DNA of 63,379 nucleotides, filler included, from Choristocarpus tenellus KU-1152 (taxonomy: Eukaryota; Protista; Phaeophyceae), in the NCBI GenBank assembly GCA_964200185.2. It is 10 parts of 10 records of this genome, joined end to end, with 100 filler letters (N's around TTAATTAATTAA, not from the genome) between each part and the next. Parts side by side here need not be neighbours in the genome. Positions count along the whole stretch, not along the records: positions 1 to 10,150 come from CAXNAD020003124.1; positions 10,251 to 17,283 come from CAXNAD020006813.1; 8 more parts are not named here. One strand, written 5' to 3'. Every line of letters begins with the position of its first letter. The first letter of the stretch is position 1. The position numbers and the translations under genes were made by a program. The notes below the pieces were generated by a model. It saw only the letters and a program-made list of their open reading frames with translations. It did not search any database and was not told the DNA's origin. Shown here piece by piece: positions 1-12,087 of this stretch.

Positions 1-590
1 CCCCCCCCAGATACGTTGACCCAATGCACCGTAGGTGTAAGTGTATGTGTAAGTTCAGCTCTGGACCAGGGTATTTTTGGAAAGGTAGCAACATCTTCCT
101 CAATGCTTTTTATTGTAAAAATTCTGTGAATTAACTTCCTTGTATAAATGATAGATGATGGATGATGGAGTTAGTACCACGGGTATAAATCTCTGGTCAG
201 AGTAGAAGTGCTCCTGAGGGATTATATTTTTTGGTATGTGGTTTCCCATGGGACATGTGGGGGCTAATCAATGGGCTAATCAATATATCTGGGTGTGATC
301 TCCATGTAGAGCTATTGCTGCAGAAAGGTGATGTATTTTACCAAGGAGTAGGTATTGAGGGTTGGGATCTTTGCTGCTAGAGGATGTGGATAGCTTGTAT
401 GTGACATACTGGTCTTCTCCTTGTCATTGATGGGACCAGGGTGAGGTGAAATTTTTGGGGTGTTTTGTTTCTTGTTTTGTATCAAAACGACCAGGACGTA
501 GTGATACTCAAATTTCTAAAATACCGTAATTGTATCGTAATGCACGCTGTTTGTTTGTTTGTTGTACCTTGGGAAATTTGAATCGGTTAG

Positions 591-1521
591 AAGGGGACAA
601 CATCAAGGGCATGGACCGCCTCCAGAACATAGGGCATCTGCTCGGCATGGACAACCTCCTGGGCATGGACCACCTCCTGGGCATGGACCACCTCCTGGGC
701 ATGGACAACCTCCTGGGCATGGACCACTTCCTGGGCATGGACCACCTCCAGGGCATGGACCACCTCCTGGGCATGGACCACCTCCTGGGCATGGACCACC
801 TCCTGGGCATGGACCACCTCCAGGGCATGGACCACCTCCTGGTCATGGACAACCTCTAGGGCATGGACCACCTCCTGGGCATGGACAACCTCCTGGGCAT
901 GGACCAGCTCCACAACATGAACCAACTCCACAGCATGGACCACCTCCACAATATGGGCAAGCTCGTGGGTATGGACCAAATGCTGGGTATGTACCAGGAG
1001 CTGGACAGAGACCAGGGATTGGGCGTGGACCAAGTCCCGGACCGAACTATGGGCAAGGTTCACCTCAAGGGCAGAACATGATGTTCCATAACTCGCAAAA
1101 CTTGCGACATCCTCCTAATGTGCGACATCATCCACATCGGCAGACACATGATCAATTCCGACCTCAGGCGATGTTGCCTCCACCTGCACCATTCCAGGGG
1201 GGGCAGCCCATGGTAGAGCCTCACCCATCAGCCAGGTTGGATGGGGGGGAACAGACTGGAACACCAAGAACCCAAGGGGTCCCTTTGGAGAGGGTAGGTT
1301 CTGTCACCCAGCAAGTTTCCACAAGTCAGGTTAGAGATGGCTTCCAGAATGGTTGGGAAGGTGGGGGGAGAGGAGGCTCAAGGGGTGGCCGTCATTGGCA
1401 ACATGGAAAAGCAAGGAGGGGGGGAGGGGGTAGTTCTCATAGGCACAGGGGCAGGGGCAGGGGAAGAGGCAGGGGCAGGGGCAGGGGCAGGGACACAAGA
1501 GGCGATGGTGAAAGATCTTAG
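591..1521 (+). CDS. Probable terminal exon: Gly/His/Pro low-complexity region with an RG/RGG-rich C-terminus (RNA-binding-protein-like tail); upstream exons not identified
   Basis: ORF 559-1521 encodes 15 GHGPPP-type units, a Q/P/H-rich linker and RGGSRGG...(RG)n; candidate acceptor AG at 589-590 after a T-rich tract. Product class is inferred from composition only. Confidence 0.6.
643..912 (+). repeat. 18-bp coding minisatellite x15 (GGGCATGGACCACCTCCT)
   Basis: Tandem units read directly; explains the overlapping repetitive ORFs in other frames. Confidence 0.95.
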
Positions 1522-3604
1522 ACATACCTTGTTAGGTGGATCAGCCTGTAAGCTCGCATGTAAAGAGAATTCCACCACCATTGGGAGGCTTTTTTCTCAA
1601 GTCTTTGTTCAATGGTGAGGATTTTTGGGGAGAGGAGAGTGGTGTGCGTTGATGAACAAAAGATAAGAGGGCACATACATGCGGAGAACATGCGCATTGT
1701 TGTCTCTCCATTCTCTTTCCATTATTTCCCATTTATCCGATGTTGTCACCTGCTGGCTAAGGCTCACTAATGGAGGCCCAGGCCTCTGAACCAGGCAATC
1801 CATGCCAAGTCAAATGAGCTATTCTGAAGGTGCAGGCCTCCTGTGAGACTTAAATGTCTTGTACACCCTGTCCAATTTGGTGCACTCCATGGCTTTCTAG
1901 TTGGAAATAACAATTGGCATCTTGAGGTCAGGTTGTGTGTGTTGCTACTTTTTCCTTGGTAATATTTTGAAGGAGTTCGTAGTATTATTAGTGTGTATGT
2001 ACTTTGTATATAATGTATGTGCTTGTATATCTACGTGAGTCTTGATTCATGAGGTAAAATAGTAATGCTTGCTGTATACTCTGTGCAACTTGTCCTCTAC
2101 TTGAACACCTCCTATTTCGTGGAGTGAAGCATTGATTTATGGGAAGATGAGCACTGATAGTGTTGACAGATAGATGATGACCAAACCACCTGACGTGTAT
2201 GCTTTGGAGTAGATCTCTAGGGGACAGGGAGTACAGTAATAGTATTTATAGCACATCTAGGACAAGATGGTGTTTTTAAGAAATGGCATAACAAATACAT
2301 GATAGTGATCTAGCAGAAAAATAGGAACCTGTCTGCTGCTTGATTTCTTGCTTGCATGCTGGCATACAGCACAAGCTGACCTCATCCAAATGGGTATTGC
2401 ATGGTAAGAATCACCTTTTTTTGGATCCTTTCAAACGATGAGCTATGGGTTAGGGTTAGAATGGGACAGGTGGTGACTGCCTGTAGGAGTAACGTCACAT
2501 TTTCCTACAAACACAACTAAAATTTTGTCAAGTAGTTCAGAGTACCGTAGATTGCTTGTTTCTTCTTATCCATCATGTGCTGTAGAGGATCCTCTCTGGG
2601 TGCTAACCAGCCCATGGACTTTTTTTTTCATGTAAGTGCTGAAGAATGTATTGTTTTTTTCCCCAGCACATTTCACAAAGGGTTGCGTATGGACATTCAG
2701 TTAGGCGCTGTGTTGTGTTGGAGTTGACGATTTTGGGGTCCAAAGATCCTTCCTCCTCTCCTCAAGGTGAGGTATCTATACAAAAAAATATTCAGAAGTG
2801 TGTTCTCTTTCAAGGGGGTTCAATACCTCAAACTGGAAGTAGAAGTAAGAGAGCTCCCATCCTTTTTTTTGTCTCAATTATTCGAAAAGTAATGTGGGAA
2901 TAATCTCCTGAAAGTTCAAGGAAACCCCCCAAGATCGTATCTCAGGGTAATGTCTTCGACAGACAAAAGTAGTGGGAGTCTTGGTGAGTCTTGAGCTTTG
3001 AAGTCACAGATTGGTGTGCCAACTGTGCAGGAGGTGGTAACACACGACATCAAATAGAAAACAAGGATGATTCCAGTTTTGAACCTGCGACTTCACCTTC
3101 AACTGCAGGAGACAAAGGTTTTGACTCAAGTGAAATCCATGTCAACAGAGCAACAGAGCCAACCTTCTAAGGGAAAGCTGTAAAGTTTGTGCTTGTTTAA
3201 TACCCAATTGACTACTCCAGTATTGCTCAGTCATCCTTCAAGGTGGTACAAAACCCCACCTATGTTGATAATGTGAAACGGAGTTGTAGCGATTGTGCCT
3301 GTGCTTTGTTTACAATTACCCCACATTACAAAAAACCGTACTCTCCATCCTCTATTCAACATCTACCCATTCTAGAAAAAAAACCCAAACCTACACACAG
3401 ACACATACATATATACATACATATAGAGAGAAATATATAATTCCCTTGTAAGCTCTGCTACTGGTACAACACAATGGAATGTGGAGGGGGCAAAATATTG
3501 TATTTATACATACCATAGCCCACCAGGAGCCCAATAACATGGGCCAATAATTAAAAACTCTTATGGAAACAAAGAAAGGAGAGGAAGAGATTATATACCG
3601 ATTT

Positions 3605-3877
3605 GAGTGAAAGTATCTTAGGGTTAGGGTACGAGTTTTGCCCTGTTTGTCCGTTTGGGGCTTGGCTTCCCACCATGGTTTTTTTTCCGACATTTTCCTA
3701 CTCCAAACTTTTTAGGAGTAGGGAAAAGGTATGCATTGTGAAAAGATGTGTGATCGGAAAAAAGAATATTGACACTTCCTGACAAATACGATAGCCAAAA
3801 TTATATCAAAATCGCAACATTGGGTTTTGACCCTCAAATGGACACGGTTCTACCCTAACCCTAAGATACTTTGGCTC
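3605..3877 (+). mobile_element. MITE family B, complete copy
   Basis: TIRs GAGTGAAAGTATCTTAGGGTTAGGGTA...TACCCTAACCCTAAGATACTTTGGCTC; ATTT on both flanks (4-bp TSD); homologous copies elsewhere in the window. Confidence 0.9.
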
Positions 3878-6234
3878 ATTTAAAAAAAAAGAAAGAAGAA
3901 TCCTTCAAACAAAGAGCAAGAAAGAGTGACATCAACAGCATGAAGTGAGAGACCCATAAAACCACCCCCAAACATCCCCAGGCCCTATTCCCTTTTCACA
4001 GGAACCAACTAAAAAGCATGCATGTCCCAAAAGACATCCCCCACTCACTAGAATGGATGTAACGGTTTGATATATACATGTTTCACTGCCTGAGACAGCC
4101 CCTCACAACCCCAAAAGGGCATCCTTGAAAGAAAGAATAAATAGCATTGGTTTGCCCATGCTTACAGCGCCATGTACCCTAACCCTAATGTAGATTACCC
4201 CCCAAGAAAAAGCACACGTTGGGTTGGGCGTTTAAACCGACAAAAAAGGAAATAGATGCCCGCCAAGCCTCCTGAATAACAGCCCTTTGGAGAGGCAATC
4301 AAACCGATACCATCAGTTCAACATCCTAAACCATAAGAGTGCTTTGACATGCGCTGCCTCTAAAAGTGTACACCACAGAGCACTCCATTGGTCCCCCTTA
4401 CATCTGCTTCCCACCCCCCATTGTCACTATCCCTACATTGGTCACATCATGGTACTTAGGATGGTCAAGTATGGCTGCAAAATGATGTTCACCACTACAT
4501 CAACATCCATGCCAAGCTACAACACCTCAACACCCCAACTTTCACCTCTTCAGTTCTTTCAGGTGGGGACAAGATTCCTACGATTGGTGTCATTGTGGTG
4601 TACTAGAAACTCAGGACACTACATCTGACTTGTTTTCTCTGGATCTTACACCAAACAAATATATCTCTAAAAGCCTTCTGTGACAAAAAACTAATATTCA
4701 AAACACTGCAGATGCGTTTGATATCTGGTATGTACGTGTATATGTAAATAACTCTACATTCAACCATTGAACAAATGGCCGGATATGGCAACAACCACCC
4801 TAACCACGTAAGATTGTTGCCTCTCTGACGTTAAGTCAGAACTTGAAAAACATATCAGACACACAAAGCCAGTGAAGAAACATAGAGCCATAAATCCATA
4901 TTTGAGATTTTTCAACAACAAACACTTTGCTATTATTGAAAATGGGCTAATGATTCCTTCCATTTTAGTTTTTTGGGGGGAAGATATTACATTCCATTGC
5001 ATCAGCCACTATCATACAATCCTTCCAGCTCGACCTTAACAACTTGAACCTTTCACAACATAAGAATTATTGTTGCATCATAAATGTGTATGTCTCAAAA
5101 GAAACAAAAATAAATCAACAAAAGTGACTGTGAGTGGGAAGGCATTTCTTGAAGGTTTCTCCTGTACCGAACACGTATCATACCTATCTTCAATATACCC
5201 TACACATTCATTGTTTCTGTCCAGACTTTTATATCTCAGGGCTGAGATGAGTGTAAGGGCATCTCATCCTCCCTCCTCTGCAACCAGTTCCTCGGTCCCC
5301 CTGACAAATCTCTCACTAAAAAGAATAAAACGCCTCATGAATGCTATGGGAAAGACACACGGGCTCAAGTTTTCCCCCGCAGATTGGACCATGCATTCTG
5401 CCGTCATTCCAACAAACAAATCCATGTGAGCATTGACTCAACAGGCAGTGGGGTGTGAGGTTAGGAGGATGACACAGGGCATCTCTTGAATGCACCAATA
5501 CCCCCCTAACCAGGGGAAGGGTAGTAGAAAAGGCCTGGCGCTGGTGGGGATAGAACATGCGGAGCAACAAAACAATATTTTCTTTTTATGGAAATTCCAC
5601 CAGTGGTGCACCCATAGCTTACGCAGCGTGTTTGTTCGGGATCGTCCCCTAGCTAAAAGCCATACAGTTGGTAGAAGATCAGCGGTCTACCATGCAGAGC
5701 TTGCCTACTTCGTGTCAGAGGGGAAAATGAACCATGGGCTTAGGACTAGGAAGTGGAGTCCTCAAAAGCTGCATATACAGAGGTCAAATCTGAAGGGTTG
5801 CACATTGGTGGGTTGCTTATTGTATTTTAACACAAGAACCTCTGCAGACCCTACACTTCACGTGGGGGAAAAAAAAACTATTTTCCTTCAAGTACAAAAC
5901 AAAACTAAATCAACACACGTAATGTTCCCAAACCAATCCAAACGCCTCCCCATGATGTGGGGACGAACAAGAAAAAAGCTGTTCCACTCACCATTGTGGG
6001 TTTTACCTTTTGGTGCAGTGGCTGAACCAACCTAAACAAAGGCAATCCCCCAAAATATGGGCCTCTGCTCCAGGGCACAGACAGCCGCACATTGTCAAGC
6101 ATTCAACTGAGGACAAACTGCCCCCGTGTGTTTCTCATGTCTCTACATACTGCACATTTCTTTCAATCTCAATTACAGTGCTACGCTGTACAATCAATCC
6201 ATACGATCCAAAAAAAAGAAGCACCTCTTCATAT

Positions 6235-7652
6235 TCACACATTATTACCCTTGACAACAACGAAGAACTGTCCACTCCGCTCACCCTTCTCCTTGACAGT
6301 TATCTCTTTGATGGACTCTGTGAAGGAGAAGGGTCGTTTCAGGCGTATTGCATCAGCCAGCGAGGAGAAGCACTTCCGAATGTTGGTATCGGGCACGGTG
6401 CTGACATCCTCTCTATCAAGCAGATACTTGAGAAGCCCTTGAAACCCACCATTCGACTTGGGAGTGCAGAGACCGGTCAGGTGTGTCCTCTTGACAACAA
6501 AGAACCCCGGAGCTTCCATCCGCATCTCACGGAGGACCTTGGGAAGACCAGGCCAGAGGGTCTCGAGCTTAGCTACATACTCTGACCGCTCACAGGCAGC
6601 TAGAACCAGCACGCTGGCTCGTTGGGAGGCTACAGTACCCGCGGGCATGCTCATGATCTTGGCAATCTCTGCGTGAGTTCTGTTGACACCTGCAAAGACT
6701 CTTGACGACGGCCACTCCTTAATTTCACACAGGGCCTGGTACACAGTGAGCTGCTCGCTCGGAGATAAGGAACTCTTGGCAACATCATCCTTCGCATCAG
6801 GGTTGAATGCCTTTGCCATCGAGGCTCGTTTTCCAATGCGAGCCTTTTTCGCAGCGGGTGCAACGGAGGCATCACCATCAGCGGTTTGCATGGGATCTTC
6901 ACTTGCAGTTTTCATACTGCCATGCATAGGATTCGGAGTCCCTGGGCTGCTCTGCATCTTGTAATGAAATAATCCTTTCCCGCCGTCTACTGTTGCTTGA
7001 AGTTGCTTTGTGGTCATATTTTCCATTTCCCTCTCGAACTTCTCTCTCAACTTCAGTGCCAGGGCTTTCCTCTCGGAGGAGTCCATCTCTGCGTCCCTCA
7101 GACCCTTTTTGACACACTCCGGAACGCTATCAGTCCTCGACGCCGCCATAAATAGAACCTTAGCATAACATTCGAAGACCGAGGGGTCACAGGGGTCCGT
7201 CTCCAGTGGTCCTTCGAGTCGGGGAGGGGTATATGGTAAGAAAAATATGAGGAACCTGTTCCTGGCCATGGGGGCGGAGGGGGAAATGTCCATCGAGATC
7301 TATGAGTCCTAAATAACGACCAAACCTAAACCCTCAACTATATACCAACTGCAACTTTCTCCAAGGCATGTTTGGCTCGACTTCACCTTTCTTCACTCTT
7401 TCCAAAAAAGTACCGATTATGACAAGGTCATCTGGACTCACCCTGACCCAGACTGTGTTGGGGATTCATGGGGAGATGCTCAACATAGATGGACAAAATC
7501 TCGAGCACATCCTTGACTGGTAACTTCGCTGATAAGTGATGAGCAATCATCCATCGCAGCCCTTCTTCCATAGCATTTAGAGTCTTGGTCAAGGGTCTCT
7601 CGCTCTTGATGAGATTCATTGCCATATCCCTGTACTCTGGTACCTCCGACAT
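6235..7652 (-). CDS. Hypothetical multi-exon protein (exons ~7442-7654 and ~6249-7211; possible first exon ending at ATG 7818 and further 3' exons)
   Basis: 352-aa and 74-aa ORFs with protein-like composition; GTGAGT donor and pyrimidine-tract/AG acceptor join them in phase (SLGQG-PLETDP). No family recognised. Confidence 0.6.
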
Positions 7653-9994
7653 GTCTATTAAATCGGGAAAGGGAGCACAGTTCTCAGGTAATCAGAAGTC
7701 CAAGTAGCAAAGGAGTTTTACTCGGTATGCAAGAAAGTCTCTCCTCTTTATGGTTGTCGTTCAGTAGGAGTATGGTTCTCCACATGCTCCCAACCCTGGT
7801 ACTTGTGCGGTTCGGCATTTAAACAAAGGCTCATGTTCGAATCAATTGAAGTGCGAGATAAACAGCTGGCTACTGCAAACTAGCGAATGTCAATACGTAG
7901 GGGAGATCACAGAATCAAACCAAATGCTACCTTGCAGGTTGCTGTGTATGCTTGCCACTGTTGTACCTTTGAAGTGTGGTAGCATGGGTTATTGCCATGG
8001 GGTGTCTGCGCATCATACATATTGGGGCTTACCGCTTTTTACCACACCAACGCCAAGAGGCGCCTTTCCAACGCCCCCATCCATACCCTGCGGACGTGCT
8101 CCCTATAGCAGGCGACACGACCTCCGTCCGCAGACACACCTTTGTGGTGAGATGTTTCCTTGGATTTTTTAGAGACTAATCGCGGGAATTTCAAATAACG
8201 GCAAGGTATTTTGTATTTGAACGTGACACAGAACAGAGTACACAACAATTTCTTGAATTTACTAGTAGTCCTTTCCAACACTGATTCAATAATATTTCAA
8301 TACTTTGTGGAGTTCGGAACAGAGTCCAGATGTGTGACTTATGTATGTACCAACAAAATAATAAATGAGTATCATCGATTTGCGAACTACATCTTCCAGA
8401 AGATACTACAGTTGTTGTTTGTCTGTTGAGGGGAAAATGAAGAGGTCTACGAAAGTATATGACAATGCACAAAGTGAGAAATCAGTTCCACCGCATCATC
8501 GTCAGTACAGAGTGTTGAGCGTGCAGGGCAAGGTTGATCAATAGTCGAAAACTTACTTCATACTATATCCTTAATCAGAGAGGGGGGTTTGACAACAGAA
8601 TAATAGTAGTAGTAGTACCAGTGGTAGTAGTAGCAGCAGTACTACTGGAACCAGCGACACAATAAATTGCATCATTATTATTATCATTATTACTATATTA
8701 TTTGCATACTGCTAATAATAGGTGGGACTGTGTTGAGTGTTGTGTGATGAACGGTGGTGGTATAGGAATTTGTGTGTAGTGCCATCATCGTCTTGTTTGT
8801 GGATTATCTGATACGAATAGCATCTACTACGCAGCATGTAATGATGTATATATAATATATATATATATATATATATTATCTACCGATTTATAATACTACA
8901 TAGTACTTAAACTCATGCGCATTCAGGAGGGATTGGTGCGAATTGTTTAGGGAATAATACACGACACTGCTATCCATCTGTTCTACGGTATCGGAGTTTC
9001 ATTCCAAAGGTCTCAAATAATAGATGGTGTGGAATCTACATTTTGTGATTAGTTGGCTAAAAAAAATAACTGATGAATGAAAAACATACTGATGATGACT
9101 GCAACAAAATATGGTAGGGAAATACAGACCATCAGTTAGGTGATGATGAAGTAGGGCGAGGGGGCCTCTCTGTTCTATCAACATTAGGTGGGAAAGGTTG
9201 CTACAAATAGTAGTTTGAGGCGTAGCTGGTGTGTGTGTGGTAGAAATTCGACAGGAGGAGGGTCTTCAGTCGATATAAGTTGAGAAGTTATGAAGAATAC
9301 GGAGCTGATGGCAAGTTTTCTAGTACGACTTTACTTTGAAGAACTATTAATATTAATATATTTGACATGTTGGTCCTCCAGATAGGAGGCTGAAAATGAA
9401 CTACAAGGAAGCATTTAGTAAGGTATGTTGTGTCATACTCATTTGATTGGGCCGTTTGGACTAGTACAATAAATATGTACACAAAGTTGGGGAGGACAAG
9501 AAGGCAAGACATTTTGAGTTGGTGCAAGGGGGGGTACCTTCTCACCAATAATTAATTTATAAGTACCACAACAACAGCAGCAGCAAGCGGGAGTGTTAGT
9601 TGTTTGTTGTTCACCACATGGTCCCTGCGCTTAGTCAGGTTTTCACTATACGAACTGGAAGTAGTACTGCTATAATTTATACCAGCTGACATTTTTCCCG
9701 GTATTTTTACTATCATTATTCTTGTTCACGAAGGTAGACAGTCATGAAGCAACAAAACGATCCTAGCAAAACATAATTGTTAGCCCCAACATCACTATAC
9801 ATAGTCCAACACTCCAATCAGTCAATTTCTCCCTCGAACCTATCTCTGGTGATACTCCCTTCTCCCCCATAATTATGAAATGTTCAAAAGTAAGGACTGT
9901 GCAGCCACAAAACACCCTGAAACTCTCCATATCATGCTGTACTTCCTCTTTACAACAAACGTCTGTACAGGAACGCTCAAAAATGGGTCACTGA

Positions 9995-10150
9995 GGCTCA
10001 AAGTATCTGGGGGGGGGGTGGCGGCTGTCCATTTGGGGTCAATTTTATATGTCGCTTTTTTGGGGTGATTTGGTTGCATACGTCGGATGGATAATGTAAA
10101 TGCACTTTTCCTGATTTTGGTCCAAATGGACACCCTGGTGTAGATCCCCC
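9995..10150 (+). mobile_element. MITE family A, truncated by contig end
   Basis: GGCTCAAAGTATCTG(n) terminus and internal sequence match the complete copy at 16549-16729. Confidence 0.9.
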
Positions 10151-10250
10151 NNNNNNNNNNNNNNNNNNNNNNNNNNNNNNNNNNNNNNNNNNNNTTAATT
10201 AATTAANNNNNNNNNNNNNNNNNNNNNNNNNNNNNNNNNNNNNNNNNNNN
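10151..10250. other. Artificial contig linker; others at 17284-17383, 21093-21192, 24820-24919, 32651-32750, 45778-45877, 49089-49188, 54708-54807, 59940-60039
   Basis: Identical N44-TTAATTAATTAA-N44 spacer giving stops in all six frames. Confidence 0.98.
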
Positions 10251-12087
10251 CCTGGTGTAGACCCCCCCCCTCCCCCCCCAGATACTTTGGGTCTCCATGC
10301 ACAATTCCTCCTCATCCAGCTTCCTAGATGCCTCCTCCTGTCCAATTTAACGGATCTGATTTTTTCATGTTGCGATGTAGACCCCATGAACTTCTGTACA
10401 CCTCTGCAAACTCGAGACTTTAGCCTGAAAGGACACAAGGAAACCCTTTGGTGAGGTCCTTGGGCAGAATAGGAGCTGACATCGCTCTGGGAGGAGAAGC
10501 GTACTCATTTATCTCTTACCAAGACTGAAGGGAGCATCAGGGAAATTGGCTCAGGCGGAATGGGAAGTTGTGATGCAAGGGGTCAAGGAGAAAGGGATAT
10601 GTAGCGTTGAAAGGATATGTGAGGTCATCACAGAGTTTAGAATGGAAAACCCATTTTCCTTCTGGCCAGCCATGCAAAGATTGGGAGTGAGGGGTATCTG
10701 GACAACATATATGCAGTTATGAGAGAAGCAACAAACTACGTAGGTATATAAGTACAAAACCTATTTTGTTGCTTTGAGCTAGTGCAAACAAGATGAATAT
10801 GTGCCACATTTCCCCCTGTACCCTATCAGCTGTATTGTTCTTATGTATATATTACAAGAACTATTGTTATCGCTCAATAGGGGACAGTGTGACTTCGATC
10901 CGGGCCGCAAAAAAGTGAGTATGTGTGAGAAATTGAAAAGAGGGCTAGGGACTCAAATGGGAAACAGAACCCCCCCCCCAAATATATATGTATATATATA
11001 TATTTAGGTAGTCCTTTTCGTGTAGCACTACATCGTACGCTGGAGTATTGCTGTCCAAGAGGTACTCTTTGAAGTGAGCTTTGCTTTTGTTGGTTACAGC
11101 ATTATGTTCAGATTCCCCTCCTTTCTCAACTTCACTTCTGCATGTTGTGTGCACTCCATTCCAGTCCATGCTTCTTCCTCTTGCATTTTTTAAAAATAAT
11201 ACTTTGCCTACGTACGGCGGATGCGTAGGAGACTCTTTTTTTAATCTACCGGCTCTCAGGCGCATTGGGATGGAGAGGTCCCCTTCTGCTGCCTGGTGAG
11301 GCGCAGGAAGAGATATCGATGCCTCTTGGAGGAAGTAAAGAGACACGCTCTGCTAAGATCAAATGGACCATTTTGATGATGTTGCTGTGGTTGTCGCTGC
11401 TGCCGACGATGATGATGATGATGATGACCATGTTACAATGGAAAATAGATTTAAATTTGTAGTCTCCTTTGGGAAGCATATGAGGAACATGAGAAGACAA
11501 ATTCATTGTATCCTTCTCAATAGGACATGATGGACAGTTGTAGTGTCGATTTTCTCGAGTATGTACAACAAATATTTTGTTATGTAAGCATAGCACCTGC
11601 CTTGATCTGCCGCGGATTTGGTTGGCATCCATTGTTTCCCATGTGCTGTATATACATTGCACACACACAGCTGGTCTGTTCTTATATTTCGCCTTCCAAA
11701 TAGCCAGCTACTAGGATATTGCTAGTGAGTGGTTAGGGTCTTGTACTTCAAGGCCTTGGTTTATTGCAGTTCTCAAAGTTCGAGCTTCACAGGTATGACC
11801 AAGCTGTTGCCCTTCCTGTAGCCCCAACAAACCAAGGGAGATATTGTGAAATTTCCAGCAACACCTATATTATACCTTTTGGTATCACAAGTATTCACTA
11901 ATTCCCTCCATTGACCTCATCTCTTCCAATTCCTCCACTTTTGCCTTTTTCGTGGACAATTAATTCCTCACTACATCACCTTGGCCATCACCTTACCATG
12001 CACCCCTGCCTTGTTTCTTTTGCCGGTGCTATTCCCCCTCCCGGTGCTGTCAACATGCCTTGCATATGGGAAGGCCACATGTCAAAG

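Noticed and set aside
508-1081. Overlapping repetitive ORFs (MPRRWS, GMDHLL, VVHAQE)
   Set aside because: Alternative frames of the stop-poor 18-bp repeat.
3070-3105. tRNA T-arm-like motif on the minus strand (GTCGCAGGTTCAAAAC)
   Set aside because: No cloverleaf or acceptor stem; at most a SINE-like remnant.
10151-10250. Recurrent TTAATTAATTAA palindrome in N runs
   Set aside because: Artificial six-frame-stop linker, identical nine times; not biological.
9995-10293. Contigs 1 and 2 (and 9 and 10) appear to continue one MITE across the linker
   Set aside because: Flanks do not form a TSD (CTGA vs TCCA; ATAC vs TTCA), so adjacency is unsupported.
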